Below are positions 39,645 through 50,257 of a stretch of DNA of 64,000 bases, one piece after another. Origin of the DNA: Chitinophaga pinensis. Its GTDB lineage: Bacteria > Bacteroidota > Bacteroidia > UBA4408. Position numbers and translations under genes: made by a program. Positions within the stretch are counted from its first letter, which is position 1. Each line of letters opens with the position of its first letter. Location: contig CAMAVS010000010.1 of NCBI GenBank assembly GCA_945861665.1, positions 13,371 through 77,370 of the forward strand. The letters run 5' to 3'. The notes under the pieces were generated by a model. It ran no database searches and was not told the DNA's origin. It saw only the letters and a program-made list of their open reading frames with translations.

Positions 39645-42626
39645 TTATTTAATCAGTGTTAAAAATCCGCTAAACTTGTATTCATTTTCTTGGTACATTC
39701 CATAAGCAACCCAATAGTAGGTTCCATCAGAACAAATTTTACCATTTTTGTTGGTTCCGTCCCATTCAAAATAAGCATCGGTTGAAGTGTATACTTCATT
39801 ACCCCATCTGTTGTAAATTTTTACATAAAACTCATCAAACTTACCTTTTACAAATGCATGGTATTTATCGTTCGCCCCATCTCCTTGCGGTGTAAATACG
39901 TTAGGGAATTCAATAGACGGCTCACAAATAATATTGTCGATATTGAAGTTTAACATTTTAGGACAAGCTTGACCCGGTAAATAGACGAATACTGTATATA
40001 TTCCGGAATCGCCTACCTCTCTAGTTTGTGCAGTAGAACCATCTCCCCATAAGTAAGTAGCACCTTGTCCTTCGTATCCTGCATCAAGTATAGCTTTCTT
40101 ATCAGGACAAATACTATCTTTCTTTTCAAGCATATCTTTGTGTTGAACAGTTACAGTTACAGTATCTGTTTTTTTACAACCTCCAGTAGATGTAACCGAT
40201 AAATAAAAGGTATATGTTTCATTTGCTGTAATACTAATATTATTAATGTTTGAAAATGCAACACCGCCATCGCTCCAACTATACAGGTAGTTAACGCCCG
40301 TATTGGCAGCAAAATTTACCGTTTCACCTTCACATATAGTTGTATCACGCAATGGGATCATTGTGGGATATGGCCTAACAGTTACGTTTTTAACACCCGA
40401 ACCTGTACCACAATGATTAATCGCTGTAACCTTAATTTGATAGGTTCCAACTTGATTAAAGGTTGCATCAATTTCGTTTGCAGCAGTATCCACAATAGTT
40501 CCATTGTTCGGTACCGTCCAACCATAATAGGTGTTTACTCCAAAAGGTACTTTATAATGGTTTGTATCGCCCAAGCATACTGTTGAAGGCCCCGTTATGT
40601 TAACAGAAGGTGGCCCGTCAACTACAATAGTTTTAACAGGCGACCAAGGCCCTAAGCAACCAAAATTATTTTCCTGAACAGAGAATGTTAAGTTTCCTTG
40701 TCCACCGAGGTTTACATATAAACTGTTATATCCTGATGGCGAAGCAAATGGTTGACCACCACCAATTCCGTTACAAGTCCACATATATTTAGAATCAGAA
40801 TTGTAAGGCTGGAAGAACAAGGCGGCAATATCACCAACACAGAAAGTGTCTTCTTGCATGTACGAAGGTAAAATGTACGATTCGATTAGTACACCTGCAT
40901 CGGCAGGTGCTCCAATGGTTAAACGTATTAATGTCCCCAATGTATTATCTGGGTCAGTTGCCTTGGTAGCAACTACTCTCGCATAGTATCCTTTTGGCGC
41001 AATACCAAGTGCTATTAGACCGGCTAAATTTGGAATAACAATGTGTAATAAGGTATCGTTCACAGCAGTTACCGAACCCAATGCCCCCAATGCACCAACA
41101 GGTGCAAAAGTTAATTTTGACAGCAATTCCAATTTAAATTCATTGCCAGGTAAGTATTGTTGAACACCGTTTACAAAATGATCAACATCTATCGTTACAA
41201 GCGTATCCCAACCTTGACCATTAGGAATTAAACAAACGTGTATGTCTTGCGTTAAATTTGTTTCCGCGTCACATTCACGAATACAGAATGGACCATATAA
41301 ACTACCAATTACATTTGGACTGGTAGAAACAATTCTTAAATAATACTTACAGCCAGGAGGTACAATTGGAATTTTTCCTGAAACATTTCCCGGAGGGATT
41401 CCTAAAGCAGGGTCATATGCTGTATTATCTACTGATGTTCCAACAACCGTTGGGTTCACTCCAAAATTTCCGTTTACATCTGACAACTGTGCTATGTAAA
41501 CATTATTTGTATAAATACCTGTTGAGGTAAATGGGATGTCTATAACACTATTAATACATATAGCATTGGTATCGTTTAATACTACCGGCTTTTTCGTGAC
41601 TATTACGTTAGGGCAGTCAACGATAGTGAAACAAACACTGGCAATACCAACTAACACCGGAGCAGGAGAAATTCTATTTATTCGTACTTTGTAGCAATTG
41701 CCTGCAGGAATAGGAATATTTATAGGAATGTGAACCGTAACGCCACTGGTTGTTGTAGGGTAGTAAATACTAAAAACACCTAAGTTAGTAGGATTATTAA
41801 AGTTGCCCATAGGGTCAGATAACTCAACCTCGTAAGTACCGTCACAAAGTGTATCGCTTAACTGAAAAAATATAGATAAATAATGGTCGCGACAAACAGT
41901 ATCGGAAGATAAGTTCGTGATCGTAATGTCAACTGGTGCGTGGTTGATTGGGTCATAATCACCAATTACGTTAATATCGTCAACTGAAAAAGCGGATTCA
42001 AATCCGGGAGCAGGAGGCGTTCCTGCATCATTCACCCATCTAAATCCAAAACGTATATCATTTACATTGTCGAAAGCAGGGTTGGAAAGTGCCTCGTATT
42101 TCCACATATATCTGCCACTGTACTTTTGCTGCCCGCATTGTATCCAGGGACCATTGTTTTTGCTGTAATAAATTTCACCAAATGCGTTAGCAGTTCCGTC
42201 ACACATATAAAAGAAAGAAAAAACCACGTTGGTAATACCCATGGTACAAAACCCCGAATTCATTAATGCAATTCGGTCTGAGGCATTGTTTGGGTTGTAA
42301 TTGGAATTGTCAATGCCTTGCCCTTGTGCCGTAACCTCATCATGAATATGCAAGTAGTTACTATTTGGAGCAAAGCTTATTTGACCTCCGTATGTTTGGG
42401 ATTGATCGGAGTTGTTAGGGTAAGCGGGTAAACCCAAATAACTGTTGTTTACAATAAATTTGTTTGGACCTGCCGGTGAGCCTATTCCGTTTCCATTTAG
42501 TGTCCAAGCGCCAGAACCAAACTCCCAGTTTTCGTTAAATAACTGAATTTGTTGAATTTGCGCTGATGCGTTTAATGAAAATATCATTAAAAAAAACAAA
42601 CTAACTAAATGGATTTTAAATTTCAT
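39645..42626 (-). CDS. Large secreted protein with T9SS type-B C-terminal domain
   Basis: Signal peptide ending ASA-Q, three LSD..GNF-type repeats, Ig/PKD-like stalk, FPNVFTPQGDGAND...IYNRWG...WDG...GFLTLIK. Confidence 0.9.
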   Translation of the reverse strand: MKFKIHLVSLFFLMIFSLNASAQIQQIQLFNENWEFGSGAWTLNGNGIGSPAGPNKFIVNNSYLGLPAYPNNSDQSQTYGGQISFAPNSNYLHIHDEVTAQGQGIDNSNYNPNNASDRIALMNSGFCTMGITNVVFSFFYMCDGTANAFGEIYYSKNNGPWIQCGQQKYSGRYMWKYEALSNPAFDNVNDIRFGFRWVNDAGTPPAPGFESAFSVDDINVIGDYDPINHAPVDITITNLSSDTVCRDHYLSIFFQLSDTLCDGTYEVELSDPMGNFNNPTNLGVFSIYYPTTTSGVTVHIPINIPIPAGNCYKVRINRISPAPVLVGIASVCFTIVDCPNVIVTKKPVVLNDTNAICINSVIDIPFTSTGIYTNNVYIAQLSDVNGNFGVNPTVVGTSVDNTAYDPALGIPPGNVSGKIPIVPPGCKYYLRIVSTSPNVIGSLYGPFCIRECDAETNLTQDIHVCLIPNGQGWDTLVTIDVDHFVNGVQQYLPGNEFKLELLSKLTFAPVGALGALGSVTAVNDTLLHIVIPNLAGLIALGIAPKGYYARVVATKATDPDNTLGTLIRLTIGAPADAGVLIESYILPSYMQEDTFCVGDIAALFFQPYNSDSKYMWTCNGIGGGQPFASPSGYNSLYVNLGGQGNLTFSVQENNFGCLGPWSPVKTIVVDGPPSVNITGPSTVCLGDTNHYKVPFGVNTYYGWTVPNNGTIVDTAANEIDATFNQVGTYQIKVTAINHCGTGSGVKNVTVRPYPTMIPLRDTTICEGETVNFAANTGVNYLYSWSDGGVAFSNINNISITANETYTFYLSVTSTGGCKKTDTVTVTVQHKDMLEKKDSICPDKKAILDAGYEGQGATYLWGDGSTAQTREVGDSGIYTVFVYLPGQACPKMLNFNIDNIICEPSIEFPNVFTPQGDGANDKYHAFVKGKFDEFYVKIYNRWGNEVYTSTDAYFEWDGTNKNGKICSDGTYYWVAYGMYQENEYKFSGFLTLIK

Positions 42627-42786
42627 TATCAATAATTTTATATAATTGTTAATTCTAAGTTTTGTATAAAAATAGTGAAAAATATTATTATAACAAGCAT
42701 TGGTTACAGCTTATTGAGTTATGTAATTGTTTGCGAAATGATCCTTTCGTTGAATTTTTCAACAAAATTAAGCAAGTATTAAGGAT

Positions 42787-43398
42787 TTATTTTTTGTAAT
42801 TTTCTATAAAAAGGGTGTCAGTACAAAATTCATACTCATCTTTTTGGTTATTAGAACAAACGAGAATAATTCTATTGGAGGAGTAATCCGTAATCATGTT
42901 TTTATACCATTCAACACCATTTTTATCGATGTTTGATAGTGGTTCGTCCAATAATAAAATAGGGCTTTTTGAAAGTATTGCCAATGCTAGTTTTACTCGT
43001 TGTTTCATACCTGAAGAGTAATATTTAATAGCTTTATTTTTTGCTTTTTCAAGTTGCATAATTTCGACTATGTTTTTTTCTTTAAAAGGTTTAAACCTTG
43101 CTTGGTAGTCGATTATTTCTTGCAGCGTAAAATCTTCAATTAGTTCCAAATAAGGTGAGGCAATGCTTATGTGTTTGAAAATATTTTCCACGGAAACGTC
43201 AGTCCCATTAATAGTATATTGTACGGTACCTAAACTTGGAATTTGAAATCCCGAAATTGTTTGAAGCAGGGTAGATTTTCCCGAACCATTTCCTCCAAGT
43301 ATTACGCAGTGATTGCCTAAAGAGAATTCGAGTGTTATATCTTTAAATATCCACTCGTTGTTGTATTTTTTTCCTAGCTGCCTGAGATTAATTTTCAT
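42787..43398 (-). CDS. ABC transporter ATP-binding protein
   Basis: GGNGSGKST, YSSGMKQR, LLLDEP. Confidence 0.92.
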   Translation of the reverse strand: MKINLRQLGKKYNNEWIFKDITLEFSLGNHCVILGGNGSGKSTLLQTISGFQIPSLGTVQYTINGTDVSVENIFKHISIASPYLELIEDFTLQEIIDYQARFKPFKEKNIVEIMQLEKAKNKAIKYYSSGMKQRVKLALAILSKSPILLLDEPLSNIDKNGVEWYKNMITDYSSNRIILVCSNNQKDEYEFCTDTLFIENYKK

Positions 43399-43407
43399 GA
43401 AGGGTTG

Positions 43408-44184
43408 TTACATTGTTCCTCTCATAATGCCGTTTGTAGATTCTCGTATAAATTTCATGATTAGTTCTTTTTCTGGTGATGAAGGAGCTTCGTGTTCAAC
43501 AATATTAACGGCATTGGTAACATTGTATCCTTTTACATAAATGGTACGGTAAATATCTTCAATTTGCAGAATAGATTCATTGCTGTATCCTTTTCTTCTA
43601 AGTCCTACGGAGTTAATTCCTACATAGGATAATGGCTCACGAGCAGCTTTTACAAAAGGTGGCACATTTTTGCGAACCAAGGAGCCTCCTGTAATAAATG
43701 AATGAGCACCAATTTTAACAAATTGTTGTACAGCAACAATTCCTTCTAAAATGGCAAAATCTTCAATTTCAACGTGTCCGGCTAAGTTTACACCGTTTGC
43801 TAAAATAATGTTGTTTCCCAATAAACAATCATGTGCAACGTGAACATAGGCCATAATAAGGCAATTACTACCTATAACTGTTTTGTGACGATCAATTGTT
43901 CCCTTGTTTACGGTAACACACTCTCTTATTGTTGTATTGTCACCAATTTCTGCGGTTGTGTCTTCTCCTTCATATTTTAAATCTTGGGGATTACCGGCAA
44001 TTACAGCTCCCGGGTATATTTTACAGTTTTTGCCAATCCTGGAACCTTCCATAATACTAACATTCGGACCAATCCATGTTCCTTCTCCAATGGTTGCATT
44101 TTTAGCTACGGTGGTGAAGGGTTCTATGGTAACGCCTTCAGCAATTTTTGTATCAGGGTGAATGTAGGCAAGTGGACTTATCAT
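43408..44184 (-). CDS. lpxA: UDP-N-acetylglucosamine O-acyltransferase
   Basis: Hexapeptide repeats, PQDLKY, IRE, HVAHDC, LAGHV, GLRR. Confidence 0.97.
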   Translation of the reverse strand: MISPLAYIHPDTKIAEGVTIEPFTTVAKNATIGEGTWIGPNVSIMEGSRIGKNCKIYPGAVIAGNPQDLKYEGEDTTAEIGDNTTIRECVTVNKGTIDRHKTVIGSNCLIMAYVHVAHDCLLGNNIILANGVNLAGHVEIEDFAILEGIVAVQQFVKIGAHSFITGGSLVRKNVPPFVKAAREPLSYVGINSVGLRRKGYSNESILQIEDIYRTIYVKGYNVTNAVNIVEHEAPSSPEKELIMKFIRESTNGIMRGTM

Positions 44185-44189
44185 ACAGT

Positions 44190-45590
44190 TTATTTTACTT
44201 TAACAATTTGAGCTAACATTTCAGCTTCAATGGAAATTTTATTGCCTACATAACCCACTCCGTACATATGGCATAAACCTCTGCGAATTGGGCTTAAAAG
44301 TTCTAATTTAAATACAATAGTATCGCCTGGCAACACCATATTTTTAAACCTTACATTTTCTATCTTCATAAAATAAGTAAGATAATTTTCGGGGTCAGGA
44401 ACCGTTTTTAATACTAAAATCCCACCGGTTTGTGCCATCGCTTCTATTTGTAATACTCCAGGCATTACAGGGTTTCCAGGGAAATGTCCTGCAAAAAAAG
44501 CTTCATTCATAGTAACGTTTTTTACTCCTACAACGTGCGTTGCTGAAAGCTCAATTATTTTATCGATGAATAAAAAGGGTGGACGATGGGGTAATATTTT
44601 AAGAATATCATTTATGTTAAGTAATGGAGGTGCGTTTAAATCAAATTTAGGAATCACATTTTTTTTGGAAGTTTTTTGTTTTTTAGCAAACTCCTTTAAC
44701 TTTTTTGCAAAGGTTACATTGCCTTCGTGACCTGGTCTTGCAGCAAGAATGTGTCCTTTTATGGGAATGCCCACTAAAGCTAAATCACCTACAATATCCA
44801 GTAATTTGTGACGAGCGGGTTCATTTTGAAACTGTAAGTCAACATTGTTCAACACCCCTTTCTCTTTTATTTTTACACTTGGTTTTTTAAATAAAGTTGC
44901 CAGTTCATCCAGTTTTTGTTGGGTAACATCTTGGTCGACAATTACAATAGCATTGCTTAAATCGCCACCCTTGATAAGATTGTGTTCAAGTAATTGTTCC
45001 AATTCGTGTAAAAAACAAAATGTTCGGTTGGGTGAAATATCTGTATTGAACTCCCCAATATTATACATAGAAGCGTGTTGAGTTCCTAATACCGGAGAAT
45101 TATAATCAACCATAACAGTAAGGCGGTATTCATCAGAAGGTACGGCTAACATCTCTACTTTTTTAGCTTTGTCTTCGTATGTAATATTAGTGTCTAAGAT
45201 AAGATATTCTCGTATAGCATTTTGTGTTTCTTTTCCTGCATTTTTTATGGCATCTGTAAAGGGTTTAGCACTGCCATCCATAATAGGAATTTCGGGCCCA
45301 TCAAGTTCAATTAAGGCATTGTCAATGTCGCATCCAACCAATGCTGCAAGAATGTGTTCAACAGTATGAACAGTAGCATCATTTTTTCCTAAGGTTGTTC
45401 CACGTGATGTATCCACAACAAAATCAACATCTGCCTCTATGATTGGGGAATCCGGCAAATCAATGCGTTGAAATTTGAAACCATAATTTTCAGGTGCCGG
45501 CTTAATGGTTAAGTTAGTAGTATTGCCGGTATGTAGTCCAACACCCGACATAGAAACACTTGTTTTTAAAGTATGTTGTTTATCGCTCAT
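44190..45590 (-). CDS. lpxC: Bifunctional LpxC deacetylase / FabZ dehydratase
   Basis: GVGLHTG, TVEH, HKLLD..GDL (LpxC) plus LPHRPPF, GHFP..PVMPGVL..EAMAQ (FabZ). Confidence 0.97.
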   Translation of the reverse strand: MSDKQHTLKTSVSMSGVGLHTGNTTNLTIKPAPENYGFKFQRIDLPDSPIIEADVDFVVDTSRGTTLGKNDATVHTVEHILAALVGCDIDNALIELDGPEIPIMDGSAKPFTDAIKNAGKETQNAIREYLILDTNITYEDKAKKVEMLAVPSDEYRLTVMVDYNSPVLGTQHASMYNIGEFNTDISPNRTFCFLHELEQLLEHNLIKGGDLSNAIVIVDQDVTQQKLDELATLFKKPSVKIKEKGVLNNVDLQFQNEPARHKLLDIVGDLALVGIPIKGHILAARPGHEGNVTFAKKLKEFAKKQKTSKKNVIPKFDLNAPPLLNINDILKILPHRPPFLFIDKIIELSATHVVGVKNVTMNEAFFAGHFPGNPVMPGVLQIEAMAQTGGILVLKTVPDPENYLTYFMKIENVRFKNMVLPGDTIVFKLELLSPIRRGLCHMYGVGYVGNKISIEAEMLAQIVKVK

Positions 45591-45695
45591 ATGGTTTTAA
45601 AAAGAACTTTAATTATTTTTGAAATATATCATTTTAGTTTGACGCTTAGCAATTTACTAAACGTATCTAAGAATACGTTGTAGCATTCTATACAC

Positions 45696-45703
45696 CAAAA
45701 GTA
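45696..45703 (-). promoter_or_regulatory. -7 promoter element for the lpxC/fabZ-lpxA operon
   Basis: TACTTTTG on the minus strand, about 105 nt upstream of the ATG. Confidence 0.55.
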
Positions 45704-45839
45704 TTAAAAAAAATGATTTTTTATTTTTTTAGATTCTGCATTTATCAAAAGCGGCTTGTTTAAAACATTTAAGGTATAGCTCAATCAAAGCGGATTAAGT
45801 ACAAACATTGTTTTAATTTTGCCTTAAATTAACTTGGTT

Positions 45840-46307
45840 ATGCTTATACGGAAAGGTGAAAAAAATGACATAGAACCACTTTTGGAGTTAATAAAAGAGT
45901 TAGCAATGTATGAAAAAGCTCCTGATGAAGTAGTGGTTACTGCTGATGAGTTGAAGAGCGATTGTTTTGGAGACACGCCCGTTTTTTATTTTTTTGTAGC
46001 TGAGTATGAAAAAAAAATAATTGGAATAGCATTGTACTATATCAAGTATTCTACTTGGAAAGGGAAATGTGTTTTTTTGGAAGATATTATTGTGTATGAA
46101 CCTTATAGGCAAATGGGAGCCGGCAAAAAATTATTTGACGCAGTAGTATTCACTGCAAAGCAATTAAAAGTAAAGAGACTGGAATGGCAAGTGCTGGATT
46201 GGAATAAACCGGCTATCGCTTTTTATAAAAAGTTAAATGCTAACTTTGATGATGAATGGATAAACTGTAAATTAACGAAAGAGCAGATTGAGAAATATTT
46301 TGATTAA
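45840..46307 (+). CDS. GNAT N-acetyltransferase (SSAT/diamine acetyltransferase-like)
   Basis: IKELA.YEK, YSTWKG, LED..V, R..GAG, WQVLDWN.PAI.FY. Confidence 0.9.
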   Translation: MLIRKGEKNDIEPLLELIKELAMYEKAPDEVVVTADELKSDCFGDTPVFYFFVAEYEKKIIGIALYYIKYSTWKGKCVFLEDIIVYEPYRQMGAGKKLFDAVVFTAKQLKVKRLEWQVLDWNKPAIAFYKKLNANFDDEWINCKLTKEQIEKYFD

Positions 46308-46339
46308 TTCCCTATTCTTATTAGTTGCATCTAAGAAAA

Positions 46340-47608
46340 ATGAAAGTATTTAAATTTGGAGGCGCATCCTTAAAAGATGCAGCATCGATAAAAAATGTAT
46401 CAACAGTTCTTTGGCATTATCAAAAGCAGAAATTAGCAATTGTTGTTTCAGCAATGGGGAAAACAACCAATGCGCTCGAAAATTTATGCGATGCGTATTA
46501 TTTTCAAAAAGGTAATGCCAATCAAATTTTGAATGAAATAAAGAGTTTTCATTTTGATATAATCAGTCAATTATTTGTTGATAAACAACATCCTATTTAT
46601 AATGAAATAATTAATTCATTTGTTGAATTAGACTGGATTATTGAAGAAACACCAATTCATAGCTACGACCACGATTACGATCAAATTGTTTCGCTGGGTG
46701 AAATTGTCTCTTCCAAAATTCTTAGTTTTTATTTGGATGAAGTAGGGGTAAAAAATAATTGGATGGATGTTCGCGATGTTCTTCAAACAGACAATACGTA
46801 TCGTGAAGGAAAAGTAGATTGGAAAACAACACAGGAAAACGCAGTAAAAAAATTATTGCCTGTGCTTATTCATGAAAATATTATTATTACGCAAGGTTTT
46901 ATTGGGGGAACGTCCGAAAATTACACTACTACCTTGGGCCGCGAAGGGTCCGATTTTACTGCTGCTATTTTAGCGTATTGTATCAATGCTGAAGAGGTAA
47001 TAATTTGGAAAGATGTGCCAGGAGTTTTGAATGCCGATCCGAAATGGTTTAACGACACGGTTCTTATTCCACAACTTTCGTATCAGGATGCGATAGAGTT
47101 AGCATACTATGGTGCAACGGTTATACATCCCAAAACGATAAAACCTTTACAGAATAAAAACATTTCACTTTGTGTAAAGTCTTTTGTTTCGCCTTTAGAA
47201 AATGGAACACTTATAAATAATGAACAAACAGGATTGCCCACACCTTGTTTTATTTTTAAAGTAAATCAAGTACTAATTTCCATTGCTCCAAAGGATTTTT
47301 CATTTATAGCAGAAGAGAGTCTTAGCGGCATTTTTGGATTGCTTGCAAGCTTAAATGTGAAAATAAATTTAATGCAACAATCTGCTATTAGTTTTTCGGT
47401 GTGTATCGATTACGATGAAGAGAAAATACTGAGAGTTATTGAATTGTTGCAAAAGGAATTTAGGGTTTTATACAACAAGGATGTAGAATTGGCAACTGTA
47501 CGTTATTACGACAAAGCCACAATAGACCGTGTAAGTATTAAGAAAGAAGTATTATTGGAACAACGAAGCCGTTATACGATTCAAATGGTGATGCGTAATA
47601 AAAAATAA
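46340..47608 (+). CDS. lysC: Aspartate kinase
   Basis: VFKFGGAS, VSAMGKTTN, GE..S, TQGFIG, TTLGREGSD, DVPGV..ADP. Confidence 0.95.
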   Translation: MKVFKFGGASLKDAASIKNVSTVLWHYQKQKLAIVVSAMGKTTNALENLCDAYYFQKGNANQILNEIKSFHFDIISQLFVDKQHPIYNEIINSFVELDWIIEETPIHSYDHDYDQIVSLGEIVSSKILSFYLDEVGVKNNWMDVRDVLQTDNTYREGKVDWKTTQENAVKKLLPVLIHENIIITQGFIGGTSENYTTTLGREGSDFTAAILAYCINAEEVIIWKDVPGVLNADPKWFNDTVLIPQLSYQDAIELAYYGATVIHPKTIKPLQNKNISLCVKSFVSPLENGTLINNEQTGLPTPCFIFKVNQVLISIAPKDFSFIAEESLSGIFGLLASLNVKINLMQQSAISFSVCIDYDEEKILRVIELLQKEFRVLYNKDVELATVRYYDKATIDRVSIKKEVLLEQRSRYTIQMVMRNKK

Positions 47609-47610
47609 AA

Positions 47611-49026
47611 ATGAGTAATCCGACACCTCGTTCATTTTTATATCCCTTCTTAATGTTGTTAGTTTCTATTGTTGTACTAATAGGCATATCACTCATAAAT
47701 ATGGAATATGAAAGAGGTGAGATTAGTATAAAAAATTTCAGCTTATTCGCAGATATTGTTAAATCAAAATCGAAAAAGCACTTAACAGTCGTTAACGATA
47801 CAGTATTTTTAAAGGATACTACATTGGTAAACTCTTTATCAATTTTAGCAATTGATTCAATGGCGATAGAAGACTTTGGAAAAGGTACAGGTATAGGACT
47901 TGCACACTTTTTTGAGATGTTAATAAGCCATAAGGGAGCACATAAAAAAATACGAGTAGCCTATTTTGGCGACTCAATGATTGAAGGTGATTTACTTACT
48001 CAAGATCTTCGTAAATTATTGCAACAACGATATGGTGGAAAGGGTGTAGGGGTAGTTCCTATAACGAGTAATAATGCAGGATTTAGGCAAAGTATACGAC
48101 ATTCGTTTTCTGAAAATTGGCAAATGTATTCTTTGCTCGACAAAATAAGTTCAGATAAACCATTGGGACTAACAGGTTTTGGTTTTATTCCACAACAAAA
48201 CAATGGTGATTCAATAAGTCTTCCTGAAAATAATAGTTGGATAAAATACACAGCTGTTCAACGTGTAGGTTTAGATAAATTTCATACCATAAAATTGTAT
48301 TACGGAAAATCAAAAGAAGGAAATTATTTAGAATACAATAACGGTTATGGAAACAAAACAGCAAAACTAAACGGCACTAACAGCGTGAATGAAGCAATAC
48401 TTAATGAAAAAGTTCCTACTCAAAGTTTTTACGGAAGTTTTAATTGTAAGGAATCGACTCCCGTTTTTGCAATGAGCTTTGAAAGCGATAGTGGTGCTTT
48501 TGTCGACAATTTCGCATTTCGGGGAAATTCCGGGATGCCACTTACAAAAATACCATACAGCGTTTTGAGCGGCTTCAACAATTACTTAAACTACGATCTT
48601 ATTATTTTACATTACGGATTAAATGCAACGAACCCGAAAGTAACTGACTATAGTTGGTATGAAAAAGGCTTAAACAATATGGTGGCGCATTTAAAAAATG
48701 CTTTTCCAAATACAAGCATTTTAGTAGTTAGTGTAAACGATAAGAGTTATAAAAAGGACGGTGAGTATATAACCGATCCAAGTGTGCCGCTTATTGTAGA
48801 TGTTGAAAAAAGAGTGGCTGAAAAAAATAAAGTTGCTTTTTGGAATTTATACGAAGCAATGGGTGGATATAATTCGATGGTTACGTGGGTAACAGCCGAT
48901 ACCGCACTTGCAAACAAAGATTATACACATCCCAATTATAAGGGAGCAACAAAAATAGCTACTATGTTGTATAACGAATTAAACAAAGAGTTGGATGAAT
49001 ATAAGAAAAACAAAGAGGGTATTTAG
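47611..49026 (+). CDS. Membrane-anchored SGNH/GDSL protein (PatB/AlgJ-like O-acetyltransferase candidate)
   Basis: N-terminal TM, GDS (block I), GNSG, GLN, DYTH (DxxH). Confidence 0.8.
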   Translation: MSNPTPRSFLYPFLMLLVSIVVLIGISLINMEYERGEISIKNFSLFADIVKSKSKKHLTVVNDTVFLKDTTLVNSLSILAIDSMAIEDFGKGTGIGLAHFFEMLISHKGAHKKIRVAYFGDSMIEGDLLTQDLRKLLQQRYGGKGVGVVPITSNNAGFRQSIRHSFSENWQMYSLLDKISSDKPLGLTGFGFIPQQNNGDSISLPENNSWIKYTAVQRVGLDKFHTIKLYYGKSKEGNYLEYNNGYGNKTAKLNGTNSVNEAILNEKVPTQSFYGSFNCKESTPVFAMSFESDSGAFVDNFAFRGNSGMPLTKIPYSVLSGFNNYLNYDLIILHYGLNATNPKVTDYSWYEKGLNNMVAHLKNAFPNTSILVVSVNDKSYKKDGEYITDPSVPLIVDVEKRVAEKNKVAFWNLYEAMGGYNSMVTWVTADTALANKDYTHPNYKGATKIATMLYNELNKELDEYKKNKEGI

Positions 49027-50257
49027 TTTTTCCTTTCTATTGTTGATAGCTGTACTGCGTGTAAATGCACAACAGACTTTTAACGATTCCATCGAAAAAG
49101 AATACCCATTTGTGTGTACCGAATTTAATGAGATTGAAAATGATTCAGTAGGATTGATTCGTTTTTATTCCAAGTTACTACAATTAGAAACGTCAAACAT
49201 TCCTAGGGTATGTGTTGTACATATAGGCGATTCACACATACAGGCCGATTTTTTTTCTGGTAAAGTAAGACAAGATTTGCAATTGCAATTTGGAAATGCA
49301 GGTCGCGGACTGGTTATTCCATATCACGTTGCACGAACCAATGAACCTAATTCATACCAAACTTCTACCAACAGTAAATGGCAGGTAAGAAGAAATGTAG
49401 TGAAGAACGATACTATTCCGATTGGCTTAAGTGGAGTAACCATTAAGAGTATGGATACTTCAGCAATTTTACGAATAAAAGTATTGGATCAGCCGGGATT
49501 GGATTATTCCTTTACAAAGGTGACGCTCTTTCATGATAAAAGTATCAACGCATTCGATTTTATTGTGTGTGACGATGAGAATTGCGTGTTGGGTTACATT
49601 AATTCAAGTACCCAAACAGGCAGTAATTTTACATCAAGCGAGCATTTATTAAAACCAATGAGAGAAATTTATTTTAAAAATTATCAACGTGATTCAGTGT
49701 TGCAAAAATATTCACAGGTATATGGAATTTTACTGGAAAATGGCAAACCTGGACTTTTGTACAATACCGTAGGCGTGAATGGTGCTGAGTTCCGACACTT
49801 CAATTCATCGGAATATTTTAATGAGCAAATGGCATACTTAAAGCCTGATTTGATAATTATTTCGATGGGAACCAATGAGGCCTATTCGACCAAATTCGAT
49901 AATTTTAAATTTTATAAACAAATTGATTCTTTGGTATCGACTTTAAAAAAAATGAATCCTACAGCCGACTTTTTGCTCACAACTCCTGCAGATTCCTACA
50001 GGAAAAGAAAATTAAAAAACCCGGATATGCGAATTGCAAGAGCAACTATACAAGATTATTGTTATCACCACAGTTTAGCATATTGGGATTTGTACTATAT
50101 TATGGGTGGTTATGGATCTATGTTAGTATGGTTTAAAAAAGGACTTACTGCCAAGGATAAATTACATTTCAGTAGTAAGGGTTACGCATTACAAGGTGAA
50201 TTATTATACCGTGCACTAAAAAATGGATACCTCGATTATAAGGAACATACACATTGA
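48995..50257 (+). CDS. SGNH/GDSL protein (Ape/PatB-like)
   Basis: Signal peptide, IGDSH, GVNGA, GTNE, DKLH. Confidence 0.8.
   Translation: MNIRKTKRVFSFSFLLLIAVLRVNAQQTFNDSIEKEYPFVCTEFNEIENDSVGLIRFYSKLLQLETSNIPRVCVVHIGDSHIQADFFSGKVRQDLQLQFGNAGRGLVIPYHVARTNEPNSYQTSTNSKWQVRRNVVKNDTIPIGLSGVTIKSMDTSAILRIKVLDQPGLDYSFTKVTLFHDKSINAFDFIVCDDENCVLGYINSSTQTGSNFTSSEHLLKPMREIYFKNYQRDSVLQKYSQVYGILLENGKPGLLYNTVGVNGAEFRHFNSSEYFNEQMAYLKPDLIIISMGTNEAYSTKFDNFKFYKQIDSLVSTLKKMNPTADFLLTTPADSYRKRKLKNPDMRIARATIQDYCYHHSLAYWDLYYIMGGYGSMLVWFKKGLTAKDKLHFSSKGYALQGELLYRALKNGYLDYKEHTH

Noticed and set aside
44190-45590. LpxC-FabZ fusion as a novelty
   Set aside because: Well known and typical of Bacteroidota
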